From a virus: a stretch of DNA of 64,000 bases. Of the stretch, positions 28,156 to 36,673 are shown one piece after another. Numbering within the stretch: position 1 is the first letter of the stretch; the number at the start of each line of letters is the position of its first letter. Under the pieces are notes generated by a model that was not told where the DNA came from, did not search any database, and saw only the letters and a program-made list of their open reading frames with translations. A program made the translations under genes and the position numbers. The stretch spans positions 1 to 64,000 of IMG/VR virus record IMGVR_UViG_3300050821_001227. The stretch is one strand, 5' to 3'.

Positions 28156-28288
28156 CGCGGAGCCTTAATCTAAACCTGCTCCGCATTCAAAGCGCGGGCA
28201 GTGAGTGAGATTAAGCCTGCCCGCGCTGTAGGGATTCTTATGAAGGGTTAAGTTAGAACATAAATCTGTGGATTCGCTATCTACAGAC

Positions 28289-28335
28289 GGAGGATGTCTT
28301 TCCGGCATCCTCCAAATTCTCACCGGAAGGAGAAT
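28289..28335 (+). promoter_or_regulatory. kissing-loop RBS element B
   Basis: loops UUCCGG / CCGGAA. Confidence 0.8.
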
Positions 28336-28338
28336 AAT

Positions 28339-28884
28339 ATGAACGCACGCTGCATTGATTTGGCAGGTTCAAGGATTGCCAATGGAGAGGTCGAGGTACT
28401 TAGAAAAGTACCCAATCCAAACAGCAATACTAGCACGCAGGCATTTTGGGAATGTCTTTGCTCGTGCGGCAATGTGTTTACGACCGCAGGACAAGCAGCG
28501 CGAAGATTGAAGACTGGATGCAGACGATGCTTCGCCGCCAGAAGCAGGATTATGGGAGCAGCCCTAAGTTTCCTATTTTCGCAGTATCGCAATGAGGCGC
28601 GGCAGGCTGATAGGGCGTTTGAGTTGACGCTTGAAGAGTTCCGAAAGCTGGTCAGCAGCAATTGTGCTTATTGTGGCTTGCAGCCGCAGCAGGTTATTAA
28701 GACTGCACACGATGTGCTCTTGTATAACGGCATCGACCGAATTGACAGCCGAAAGGGTTATGTTATAGGCAACTGCAATCCCTGTTGCAAAATTTGCAAT
28801 TACGCCAAGCACAACAAGTCCAAAGAAGAGTTCTTGATTTGGCTAAAGCGCGCCTACGAGTTCAATTTCGGGAGTACCCTATGA
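28339..28884 (+). CDS. HNH-type endonuclease
   Basis: WECLCSCGN; CAYCG...NGIDRIDS.KGY..GN..PCCKICNYAK. Confidence 0.85.
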   Translation: MNARCIDLAGSRIANGEVEVLRKVPNPNSNTSTQAFWECLCSCGNVFTTAGQAARRLKTGCRRCFAARSRIMGAALSFLFSQYRNEARQADRAFELTLEEFRKLVSSNCAYCGLQPQQVIKTAHDVLLYNGIDRIDSRKGYVIGNCNPCCKICNYAKHNKSKEEFLIWLKRAYEFNFGSTL

Positions 28885-29411
28885 AAGGCGTTCTCGACGG
28901 AGCGGATGGAAAGCCCGTGCTTTACGTAGGAGATGACTCTGATGACGAAGAAGCCCAGAAGCGTGGCTACGCTATACTTTCGGCCTGTAAGGATGGTGCC
29001 TACGGGCATCGTCATTTTCTAGGTTACAAAGAACGCGGAGCGCCGAAAGGCGATCACTACTTCCACGCAACGCGAGGAAAGAGGATGGTCTTAAACCTCC
29101 TCGACTTAGAAGACCCAGAGTTCATCAAGGAAGACGTTATCTTCCCGGCATTGAAGTTCATCAACAAACATCTGAAGGCTGGCGACAAAGTCCTTGTGCA
29201 CTGTAATGCCGGACACAGTCGCGGCCCGACAATCGGGATGATGTTCCTCTGTACAATCGGGGAACTCCCCGGAGGCTTTCTGACATCGGAGAAGGTGTTC
29301 AGGGCGCTGTACCCGAAGTACAATCCCAAAGCAGGTATGAGGACGTTCGCACGGGATCACTGGCAGCAACTAAAGGACAACTTCTATTATGGAACTGACG
29401 AACCTCGCTGA
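28881..29411 (+). CDS. dual-specificity (CX5R) phosphatase
   Basis: VLVHCNAGHSRG. Confidence 0.85.
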   Translation: MKGVLDGADGKPVLYVGDDSDDEEAQKRGYAILSACKDGAYGHRHFLGYKERGAPKGDHYFHATRGKRMVLNLLDLEDPEFIKEDVIFPALKFINKHLKAGDKVLVHCNAGHSRGPTIGMMFLCTIGELPGGFLTSEKVFRALYPKYNPKAGMRTFARDHWQQLKDNFYYGTDEPR

Positions 29412-30054
29412 TCTTGCTGCGAAGTCCAGTATCGCAGCGCCTGACAAAGGCACCGCAGGCGAACTCGGAGCAAAGCAACAGAACGTGGACGAGTACAACA
29501 ACGCAACCAAGCCGACGCCTACGGCAGAACCAGCGAAAGATACAACTCCCTCCCCCAAAGATCGAGTTGCCCCAAAGGCGCGATATGGAGCGCGGCCCGG
29601 AGAGAAGCGAATCGACACAACGTCGATGACGAAACCTCTCGGCAGTTTTGAGAAGGGGACATCACATGTTCCCAAGACCGGAATCTACAAACTGCACGAA
29701 GGCGAAGCAGTGATTCCAAAGGACAAGAACATGGATAGCATGAAAGACAAGATGATGGATTCTCTCGGCGGCGAGAAAAAGCCGAAGAAAGAAATCAAAG
29801 AGATGCACATCCGCAAGACTGCGAATGGCAAACACATCGTCACCCACAAGCATCATCATCCCGAGCATCACCCCGACGAGGAGCACTCCATGGAAGACAT
29901 GGGCGCTCTGCATCAGCACATGGAAGACCACGCTGGTACGCCGAATGACGGTGAAGGCGCAGAGAGCGCACCGCCCGCAGGCGCAGCGCAGATGACAGCA
30001 GCCCCGTCACCCGCAGCCGCACCCGCCGCTGGTGCATCGCCGACAGGCATGTAA
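29389..30054 (+). CDS. His-rich low-complexity protein
   Basis: 221 aa; FEKG..VPKTG...LHEGEAVIP; HKHHHPEHH. Confidence 0.65.
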   Translation: MELTNLADLAAKSSIAAPDKGTAGELGAKQQNVDEYNNATKPTPTAEPAKDTTPSPKDRVAPKARYGARPGEKRIDTTSMTKPLGSFEKGTSHVPKTGIYKLHEGEAVIPKDKNMDSMKDKMMDSLGGEKKPKKEIKEMHIRKTANGKHIVTHKHHHPEHHPDEEHSMEDMGALHQHMEDHAGTPNDGEGAESAPPAGAAQMTAAPSPAAAPAAGASPTGM

Positions 30055-30065
30055 GGAGATTTAAT

Positions 30066-30278
30066 ATGGCTGAGCACAGTCCAGAGGAAAAGGCCCATTT
30101 TGCCCGTTCGATGCATAAATTGCACGGGGGCGCACTTCACAGACATTTCGGAATACCAGAGGGAGAAACCATCCCTGAAGAAAAGAAAGAAGAAGCCGCC
30201 AATAGTTCCAATCCTCACGTAGCGGCCATGGGACGCATGGCGAAAGCTATGGCAGGATGGCATCACGGCAGTAAATAA
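30066..30278 (+). CDS. small hypothetical protein
   Basis: AAGGAG SD; HGGALHRHFGIPEGETIP. Confidence 0.65.
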   Translation: MAEHSPEEKAHFARSMHKLHGGALHRHFGIPEGETIPEEKKEEAANSSNPHVAAMGRMAKAMAGWHHGSK

Positions 30279-30298
30279 GCCATCGCATCGGAGGATGT

Positions 30299-32392
30299 AT
30301 GGCTGGTGAACTGGAGATTCTACAGGCTGAGTTTGTAGCAGCCTTCCAGAACAAGAACTATCAACACAAAGGAATGCCAGAAGATGAGTACGACACTCTG
30401 GCATTGACGGCATTTGGTCACTACACGAATAAGCAGCAGTTCGATGCGATGCAGTCGTGGGTGATTTTCAATGGCGGAAAGCGCAAGGCTGGACTCCCGG
30501 CTCCCGGCAGTTGTGAATACGATCATCTGCGGCTAACGGTTGCGCGTTATCGCTTCATGTGCCAGACGAACCTGTTCTTCCTTTGCAAGATGTTGGGTTA
30601 CTCCAAAGTCACCGACAGAGAGTACAACTGGTTCAATCCCCAGACAAAGGGTTGGGAGACGCACAACACGCACGAGGAAATCTGTAACGAGTTCTTTGTG
30701 CCGAAAGACCCGGCGCACTTCGCCACCTTCGAAGCGTTCGCGACCGACGCGACCGCGAAGAGAATGTACAAGCAGCGATTGCTGCTCGTTCCTCGTGGCG
30801 GATTCAAATCGTCCATCAACATGGCCGACTGCGTTCAGTGGATTCTGTGTTTCCCTGAAGTCACCATCGGCATCTTGACTGGAAAGTTAGGATTGGCTGA
30901 AGACTTCGTCGGAGAAGTCAAGGCGCACTTCACCCTTGATGAGAACTTCGAGAAGGACAGCGAGTACAAGGGCTTCCGCCCGCGACTCCTGACAAACAAG
31001 TTCACAGGCGCTCAAACCGTATCTATGCTTCAGGTGTTGTTTCCCGAGCATTGCGTAAAGCCTCAAGAAGGCAAAGCCACTGAGTTCCAGACACCCGCCG
31101 TCACGGCTGGTGACAAAGAGCCAACGATTCGCGCTACAGGTATTGAGCAGTCATTGGCTGGATCACACTTCTGCTTACTGAAGCTGGACGACGTGGTCAC
31201 CGAAGAGAACGTTGAGACCGTAACCCGCATTGAGGGCATCAATCACCGCATCGGTGTTGACAAAGCCTTGATGCACGCATTCGGTTTCTTCGACGTAATC
31301 GGTACGTGGTACGATGAGAGAGACTACTACGGTAAGCAAATCGCTTACGACGACAAGTTGTTCTTGGCTTCACAGCGCAACCCGGCGATGAAGATTTACC
31401 GCCGCGCTGTATGGTGGCCAACCGCCGAATGCTTGGCGGCTGGTAAGATTGAGTCCGAGTGGACTGAACAAGACGTACATCTCTGGTTCCCCGCAGTTCT
31501 AACGTTCGACTTGATGAAAGCGTCGGCGATGACGGAGCCCGATGTATTTGCCATCAAGTATCTGAACGATCCTCGTCAGATCAACAAGATTAAGTTCCCG
31601 CGCGAACTCTTGATTCGCCGCACGATTAACCATAATCTGTGCCCGCATCAAGGCATGATCGTTACGACCGTGGATACGGCCTACTCGACGCAGAGTTGGG
31701 CAGACTATACCGTCATCATGACGGCAATCATCCATGGCGGGAGATTCTACATCATCAACATGGTGCGCGGAAGGTTCAACGAGTACGAACTTCCAGCGGT
31801 CATCGCGACTGTCGGGTATAAGTGGAAGCCGAAGCAGATCATCATCGAGGAGGTGATGGGCACTGCATTCGTCAAACGCGAAATCCGGCGCGAGATGGAA
31901 AAGCTGAAGATTAGTATTCCGCTCCGTAGCGCAGGTCTGGGTCAAGGCAACAAAGCCAGATCGAAATCCATGAAAGCCAAGCCAGTCCTGAGACTGCTTG
32001 GCGACCAACGCATGTTCTTCGTCAACTCTTGTGAAAGTCTCGAAGAAATTTATACCGAGATGTCTCAGTTCACTGGGACAGCGGACGACAAGCATGACGA
32101 CATCATCTCAGCAATTTCTCTGCTGGCTGAGGTCTTCGCGCCGTACGCGGACATGCACTCACAAATTAACGCGGTTGAAACTTCGTACGCGGCGGACGCG
32201 CAGTCTTACGAGCATCACCAGATGATTTACGGTCTGGGTAAGTACGCTCAACAGAATCCGGCCTTCGCAACGGATGACAACCCGAACACGCAGTTTCAGT
32301 TAGAGCAGGCCGCGCAGGCCGTTGAGCAGTCCGACGATAATCCGTTGGATGACTTGTTCGGCGGTGACCGTGCGCTGAAGACGGTGATCTGA
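30299..32392 (+). CDS. terL: terminase large subunit
   Basis: PRGGFKS, LKLDDV, IGTWY, nuclease VDTAY...DYT, HDDIISA. Confidence 0.92.
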   Translation: MAGELEILQAEFVAAFQNKNYQHKGMPEDEYDTLALTAFGHYTNKQQFDAMQSWVIFNGGKRKAGLPAPGSCEYDHLRLTVARYRFMCQTNLFFLCKMLGYSKVTDREYNWFNPQTKGWETHNTHEEICNEFFVPKDPAHFATFEAFATDATAKRMYKQRLLLVPRGGFKSSINMADCVQWILCFPEVTIGILTGKLGLAEDFVGEVKAHFTLDENFEKDSEYKGFRPRLLTNKFTGAQTVSMLQVLFPEHCVKPQEGKATEFQTPAVTAGDKEPTIRATGIEQSLAGSHFCLLKLDDVVTEENVETVTRIEGINHRIGVDKALMHAFGFFDVIGTWYDERDYYGKQIAYDDKLFLASQRNPAMKIYRRAVWWPTAECLAAGKIESEWTEQDVHLWFPAVLTFDLMKASAMTEPDVFAIKYLNDPRQINKIKFPRELLIRRTINHNLCPHQGMIVTTVDTAYSTQSWADYTVIMTAIIHGGRFYIINMVRGRFNEYELPAVIATVGYKWKPKQIIIEEVMGTAFVKREIRREMEKLKISIPLRSAGLGQGNKARSKSMKAKPVLRLLGDQRMFFVNSCESLEEIYTEMSQFTGTADDKHDDIISAISLLAEVFAPYADMHSQINAVETSYAADAQSYEHHQMIYGLGKYAQQNPAFATDDNPNTQFQLEQAAQAVEQSDDNPLDDLFGGDRALKTVI

Positions 32393-32622
32393 TGAGCGAT
32401 ATAGAAATCATACCCGCGAATCCGCCGATCAACTCGGCGCGTATCAACCAATCGCGAGTCATCAACACTACGCTGTCTCTACGGGACCGCAGACAAGAAC
32501 CAGTAGTCATCCCGCCTCCTCCGGTTGACGAGAAAGTAGAAGTGCTGAAGGTACAACGACGGCACTTCGTAGCACCAGAGATAAGCGCACCGGAGCAAGT
32601 ATTCCGGCGCACCCGGCGCTAA
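32392..32622 (+). CDS. hypothetical protein
   Basis: TGATG coupling between terminase and portal. Confidence 0.55.
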   Translation: MSDIEIIPANPPINSARINQSRVINTTLSLRDRRQEPVVIPPPPVDEKVEVLKVQRRHFVAPEISAPEQVFRRTRR

Positions 32623-32640
32623 CTTAGGGAAAGGGGGCGT

Positions 32641-34770
32641 ATGGCTCAGTTACCAATCGATGGAAATCCAAATCGCGCCCTCACTGAACAGGACTATAAG
32701 GTCTCTGGAGAGTTGAAGTCCGACGCGGCAGCGGTAGCCCTAGTCAACGGTTGCGCAACCGCAGCCGAGCAGTTTATTTCGAACAAGCAGTGGAACCTGC
32801 TGTGGCGCGATAGCGATCTTTTGTATCAATCGCCGCGTCCTATGTCGGTGTACGAGAACACGTACATCTTGGAACCGAACGTTCAGCGGTTCACGGTGGC
32901 GAAGGTTGTGAACGCAATCGTCCCTCAGCTTTACAAGGGACTGTTCTACGACGATCCACCGATGTTAATGCGGCCTATGCCGGGAACTGAGCAAGCTGAA
33001 GTTGACGCCAAGACGGCGGTCTTCTCCTACTTGCTGAACGCTTGTAACTTCAAGCGCAATACCAAGTGGGGACTTGAACAGATGGCCCACCTTGGAACGG
33101 GCGTCTGGAAGTGGGGAATCCGCTATGAGAAAATAGTCGTCAAGACTCGTAAGCCAACCGTCTATAAGGACGGCGACAATCCGGCAGTGCCAACGTTCGA
33201 TAAACCGGACATTGAGAGAAAGATTCGAGTTGTGCCGCGACCGTTCTTCGAGTGGCGTCCGCTCGACAAAGTATTCTTTGATCCAAACACGCGAGTGGGC
33301 GATGCCCGCGAAGCGCGATGGGCAATCGACATCCGCAACCTCGACTTCTATGAAGTCCTTGCGATTAAGAGAGCCATCGAAGGTCTACCCGACGATGCGG
33401 AAGAACGCAAGGGTTGGATGTGGCCGGGAGATGGTTCCGACAGGGCTCTACAGCAATTGTGGATGCCGCCAGTCGAACAAGGTGCGATTGAGTTGATGTC
33501 TGACTCATCCACCCATGTCACAGAGATTGTCCACCATTCATTGGACGATTCACAAAATTCCACGCCGGATATTCTCCGACGCAAGATGGAGTTGCTGGAG
33601 TATTGGGACAAGGGTCGCAAGATCATCGTCCTCGACCGCAAGAAAGCGATTTACACTGGCAAGAATCCGTTCGCCGAAATCGGTATCGAGAACTGCATTC
33701 CGTTCCTTTCCGCCAACTGGTGGAACCGCCCGAAGGCGTTTTACGGAATGGGCCTCGGTCTAATCGTTGGTCAGAACCAGCGCGTAGATCAGGGTACGAT
33801 CAACTCGATCCTGAAGATATTGTCATTTGGTGTCAACCCAATCTATCTGCGCCGACGCGATTCCAATACGCCAACACAGATGATTCGAACAGGTATCGGG
33901 CGAATCCTCACCGTTGATGTTAAAGAAGGTCGGCCAGTCGGCGATGCTTACGGCATCCTCGAACAGCCGAAGGTGCCATCCGAAGTCTGGGCAGCACTCA
34001 GTGAATCTGAAAAGAACACTGAGTCTACATCAGGCGCAGATGCGCAGTTGGTGCAAGGTAGCAGCGCTGGTCCCCGCAGTTCGATGGGCCGCACTGCAAC
34101 AGGAGCCTCGCAACTCGGCGCAGCAAGCGCAACTCGGTTGGACGGTCCTCTCGATAACTTCATCGAGCAGGTGTTCACGCCATTCTTGTACATCTTGGAC
34201 GACTTGGTTGAAGAGTACCTTTCCGATGGTGAGATTCACTTCATCTGCGGAGAAGAGTTGGGCAAGGCATACATGCTCAACTTGGCACGGTACCACGAAG
34301 CCAAGATGGAGTTTGAAGTGCTGGCGGGCGCAAGCCTTTCCGCCAAGCGCATCATGGCTCAGTCCCTGACGCTCATCACGCAAATATTTGAGAACCCGCA
34401 GATTCAACAGAACCTCGCGGAAATCAACGGAGAGTACATCGACTTCAAGCCGATACTCTCGATGTGGATGGAAGCGTCGGAGTGGAAGAACCGCAACGAC
34501 ATCATCAAGAAACTTACGCCGGAAATGAAGCAGGCTCAACAGGCAAAGTCAGCGCAGGCACAGGCAAACAGCAAGCTGCAAGCGCAACAGTCTTTGAACA
34601 CGCAGAAGTTCCAGCAGAAACAGCAGTTAGAGGACCAAGCGAACCAGAACCGCGTACAGCGGGACATTGTTCGTGAGTCTTTCCGCAACTCGGCCATGAG
34701 CGAAGCAGTTACAGGACAGCCAAGCGCAGGCGGCTTGGAAGGTTCCGCTGAGACAGGCTCAGTTGTGTAA
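32641..34770 (+). CDS. portal protein
   Basis: 709 aa after TerL; GTGVWKWG, FYGMGLG, RTATG, Gln-rich C-terminal helix. Confidence 0.88.
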   Translation: MAQLPIDGNPNRALTEQDYKVSGELKSDAAAVALVNGCATAAEQFISNKQWNLLWRDSDLLYQSPRPMSVYENTYILEPNVQRFTVAKVVNAIVPQLYKGLFYDDPPMLMRPMPGTEQAEVDAKTAVFSYLLNACNFKRNTKWGLEQMAHLGTGVWKWGIRYEKIVVKTRKPTVYKDGDNPAVPTFDKPDIERKIRVVPRPFFEWRPLDKVFFDPNTRVGDAREARWAIDIRNLDFYEVLAIKRAIEGLPDDAEERKGWMWPGDGSDRALQQLWMPPVEQGAIELMSDSSTHVTEIVHHSLDDSQNSTPDILRRKMELLEYWDKGRKIIVLDRKKAIYTGKNPFAEIGIENCIPFLSANWWNRPKAFYGMGLGLIVGQNQRVDQGTINSILKILSFGVNPIYLRRRDSNTPTQMIRTGIGRILTVDVKEGRPVGDAYGILEQPKVPSEVWAALSESEKNTESTSGADAQLVQGSSAGPRSSMGRTATGASQLGAASATRLDGPLDNFIEQVFTPFLYILDDLVEEYLSDGEIHFICGEELGKAYMLNLARYHEAKMEFEVLAGASLSAKRIMAQSLTLITQIFENPQIQQNLAEINGEYIDFKPILSMWMEASEWKNRNDIIKKLTPEMKQAQQAKSAQAQANSKLQAQQSLNTQKFQQKQQLEDQANQNRVQRDIVRESFRNSAMSEAVTGQPSAGGLEGSAETGSVV

Positions 34771-34870
34771 GACAGGAGGGGCAGGGATTCGCCGACGTGG
34801 CGAGTCCTCCTAGCCATCTTTCAAATAGGTGACTAGGTCCGCCCCGTTATATCTCTGGGAGGAGACGATT

Positions 34871-35269
34871 ATGGTTGACCCCGATCTGGAGTTGACACCA
34901 ACCGAGCGATCCGATCTTGCGATGATGTTCCAAAGTAAAGGATGGCAGGTTGTACTGAAGTTGTTCCGCATCATTGTCGAGCAGTTCCGAGTGGACTTAG
35001 ACAATGCCGATCACGCGAATCCCAAAGATGTGCTTGCAAAGCACGCGCTCTCCCGAGCGGCTGGTACCGTGGTCACAATCATCATTCACCGTATCGCTCA
35101 GGAAGTCGCATCTCTCCAAGAGGCGCGAAGCCGCCAAGGCAGCCCTGAGAACCCACAAGAATCTGCTCCCGGCCTAGAAATGGACGCGATTGAGCACGCA
35201 GTAGAAGGACTACCCAACCTGCTGGGCGATGTAACCTACATCTCCGAAGAGGACGATGACGAGCGTTGA
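34871..35269 (+). CDS. conserved head-region protein
   Basis: SKGWQVV motif, between portal and scaffold. Confidence 0.65.
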   Translation: MVDPDLELTPTERSDLAMMFQSKGWQVVLKLFRIIVEQFRVDLDNADHANPKDVLAKHALSRAAGTVVTIIIHRIAQEVASLQEARSRQGSPENPQESAPGLEMDAIEHAVEGLPNLLGDVTYISEEDDDER

Positions 35270-35283
35270 GGAGCGCTAAGACA

Positions 35284-36615
35284 ATGAGTAAGTATTCCAA
35301 AGCTGTCGTCGATGCAATGACGAGCGAACAGTACCGTGAGAACTTTAACAACGATCCGGAGTTCCGGACGTACATCGATGGTGAATACAGCAACAACGCT
35401 CCCACGGAAGCCGTTGCCGCACCCCCGCAAGTCGGGAGACGTGGCCCCCGCGACCGCAAGGAAGTAGCCGCAGTATCCCCCGTCGCAGCGCCGACACGCG
35501 TATTTGATCCGTCATTCGACGACGATCCGAACGGTGCACCGCCAGCCGCAGCAGCGGCAGTTGAAGTGCCCGTAGAACCGCCTGTTGCGCCCGTGCCCGC
35601 CGCAGTTGTTCCCCCGGTCGTTGAGACCCCGGCTGAACTGCCCGAGAAACGCCATGAGTATGATATCGTGGACAAGAAGGGCCGCAAGATCGGCGGACGA
35701 CAAGTATTCAAGCACAAGACCGATGCTGAGTTGATCGAACAGTTGACCAAGTCGAACATCAACCTGCGCGTCATGGTGCAAGAGATTCGCGAAAAGCAGT
35801 TGCTCGAAGGCACAGAACTGCCGGAAGAAACCACAGCGGTTCAACCGTTGTCGCTTCGCCCGGTTCTGACTGCCGAAGAACGCGCTGCGACCGAAGCCAA
35901 GCTGCAAGACCCGGCAGAATCGGCCCGCGCCCAGTACGTACTGGATCAAGACGACAACCGTCGCGTCCAGAACGATCTGTTGACCAGTAATTTTGAGAGC
36001 CGCGTGTTACTGGCTCTTGAGAGTTTCAAGAATCGCAACCGTGATTATGTCCCGACCCAAGATAATGCCGCCAAGTTGGTGGGCTTTATTGAACGTCGCG
36101 GCCTTGATCCAACGAATGCAAAGAACTACCAAAGAGCGTTCGACGTGCTCCGTGATAACGGCAGCCTCGACGGCGCTTCTGAGAATCAGGTGACTGAGCC
36201 CGTATTGGCCTCAGCACCTCCTATAGTGCGTGAGGAAAAGACGGCACCCGTTGCGACGGTGCCCGTGGTTGAACCCACTCGGATTAGTGAGGTAACGCCA
36301 CCGCCAGCTAGGGTTGCAGCCCAAGTTCCAACAGGGCTATCGAGTGCCGATCAGACATCCGATATCGACAACCCCTTGCCACAAGCACCTTGGTTAACAA
36401 TCAGGGTTCACTTGAAAGACGCAAAGGGTCAGCCGACCAGCCAGTACCAAGAGTTCAATAACCTCGACGCAATCGACCACTGCGACGACAAAACGTTGAA
36501 GCACATCATCGCCGATCAGTCACCCAGAGGCAAGGCATTACGAGCCGCGTGGGATAACGCTGAAGCGGAGAAGCAGCAACGTTTGGCCGACCAGCGGCGT
36601 AAGCGTGGGTATTAA
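35284..36615 (+). CDS. putative scaffolding protein
   Basis: Pro/Ala/Glu-rich, directly before capsid gene. Confidence 0.65.
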   Translation: MSKYSKAVVDAMTSEQYRENFNNDPEFRTYIDGEYSNNAPTEAVAAPPQVGRRGPRDRKEVAAVSPVAAPTRVFDPSFDDDPNGAPPAAAAAVEVPVEPPVAPVPAAVVPPVVETPAELPEKRHEYDIVDKKGRKIGGRQVFKHKTDAELIEQLTKSNINLRVMVQEIREKQLLEGTELPEETTAVQPLSLRPVLTAEERAATEAKLQDPAESARAQYVLDQDDNRRVQNDLLTSNFESRVLLALESFKNRNRDYVPTQDNAAKLVGFIERRGLDPTNAKNYQRAFDVLRDNGSLDGASENQVTEPVLASAPPIVREEKTAPVATVPVVEPTRISEVTPPPARVAAQVPTGLSSADQTSDIDNPLPQAPWLTIRVHLKDAKGQPTSQYQEFNNLDAIDHCDDKTLKHIIADQSPRGKALRAAWDNAEAEKQQRLADQRRKRGY

Positions 36616-36673
36616 AGAACTCCCGTTGTATCTCTCTGGGAGGAGAGTGAACAACAGAAAGATTGGATAATTT

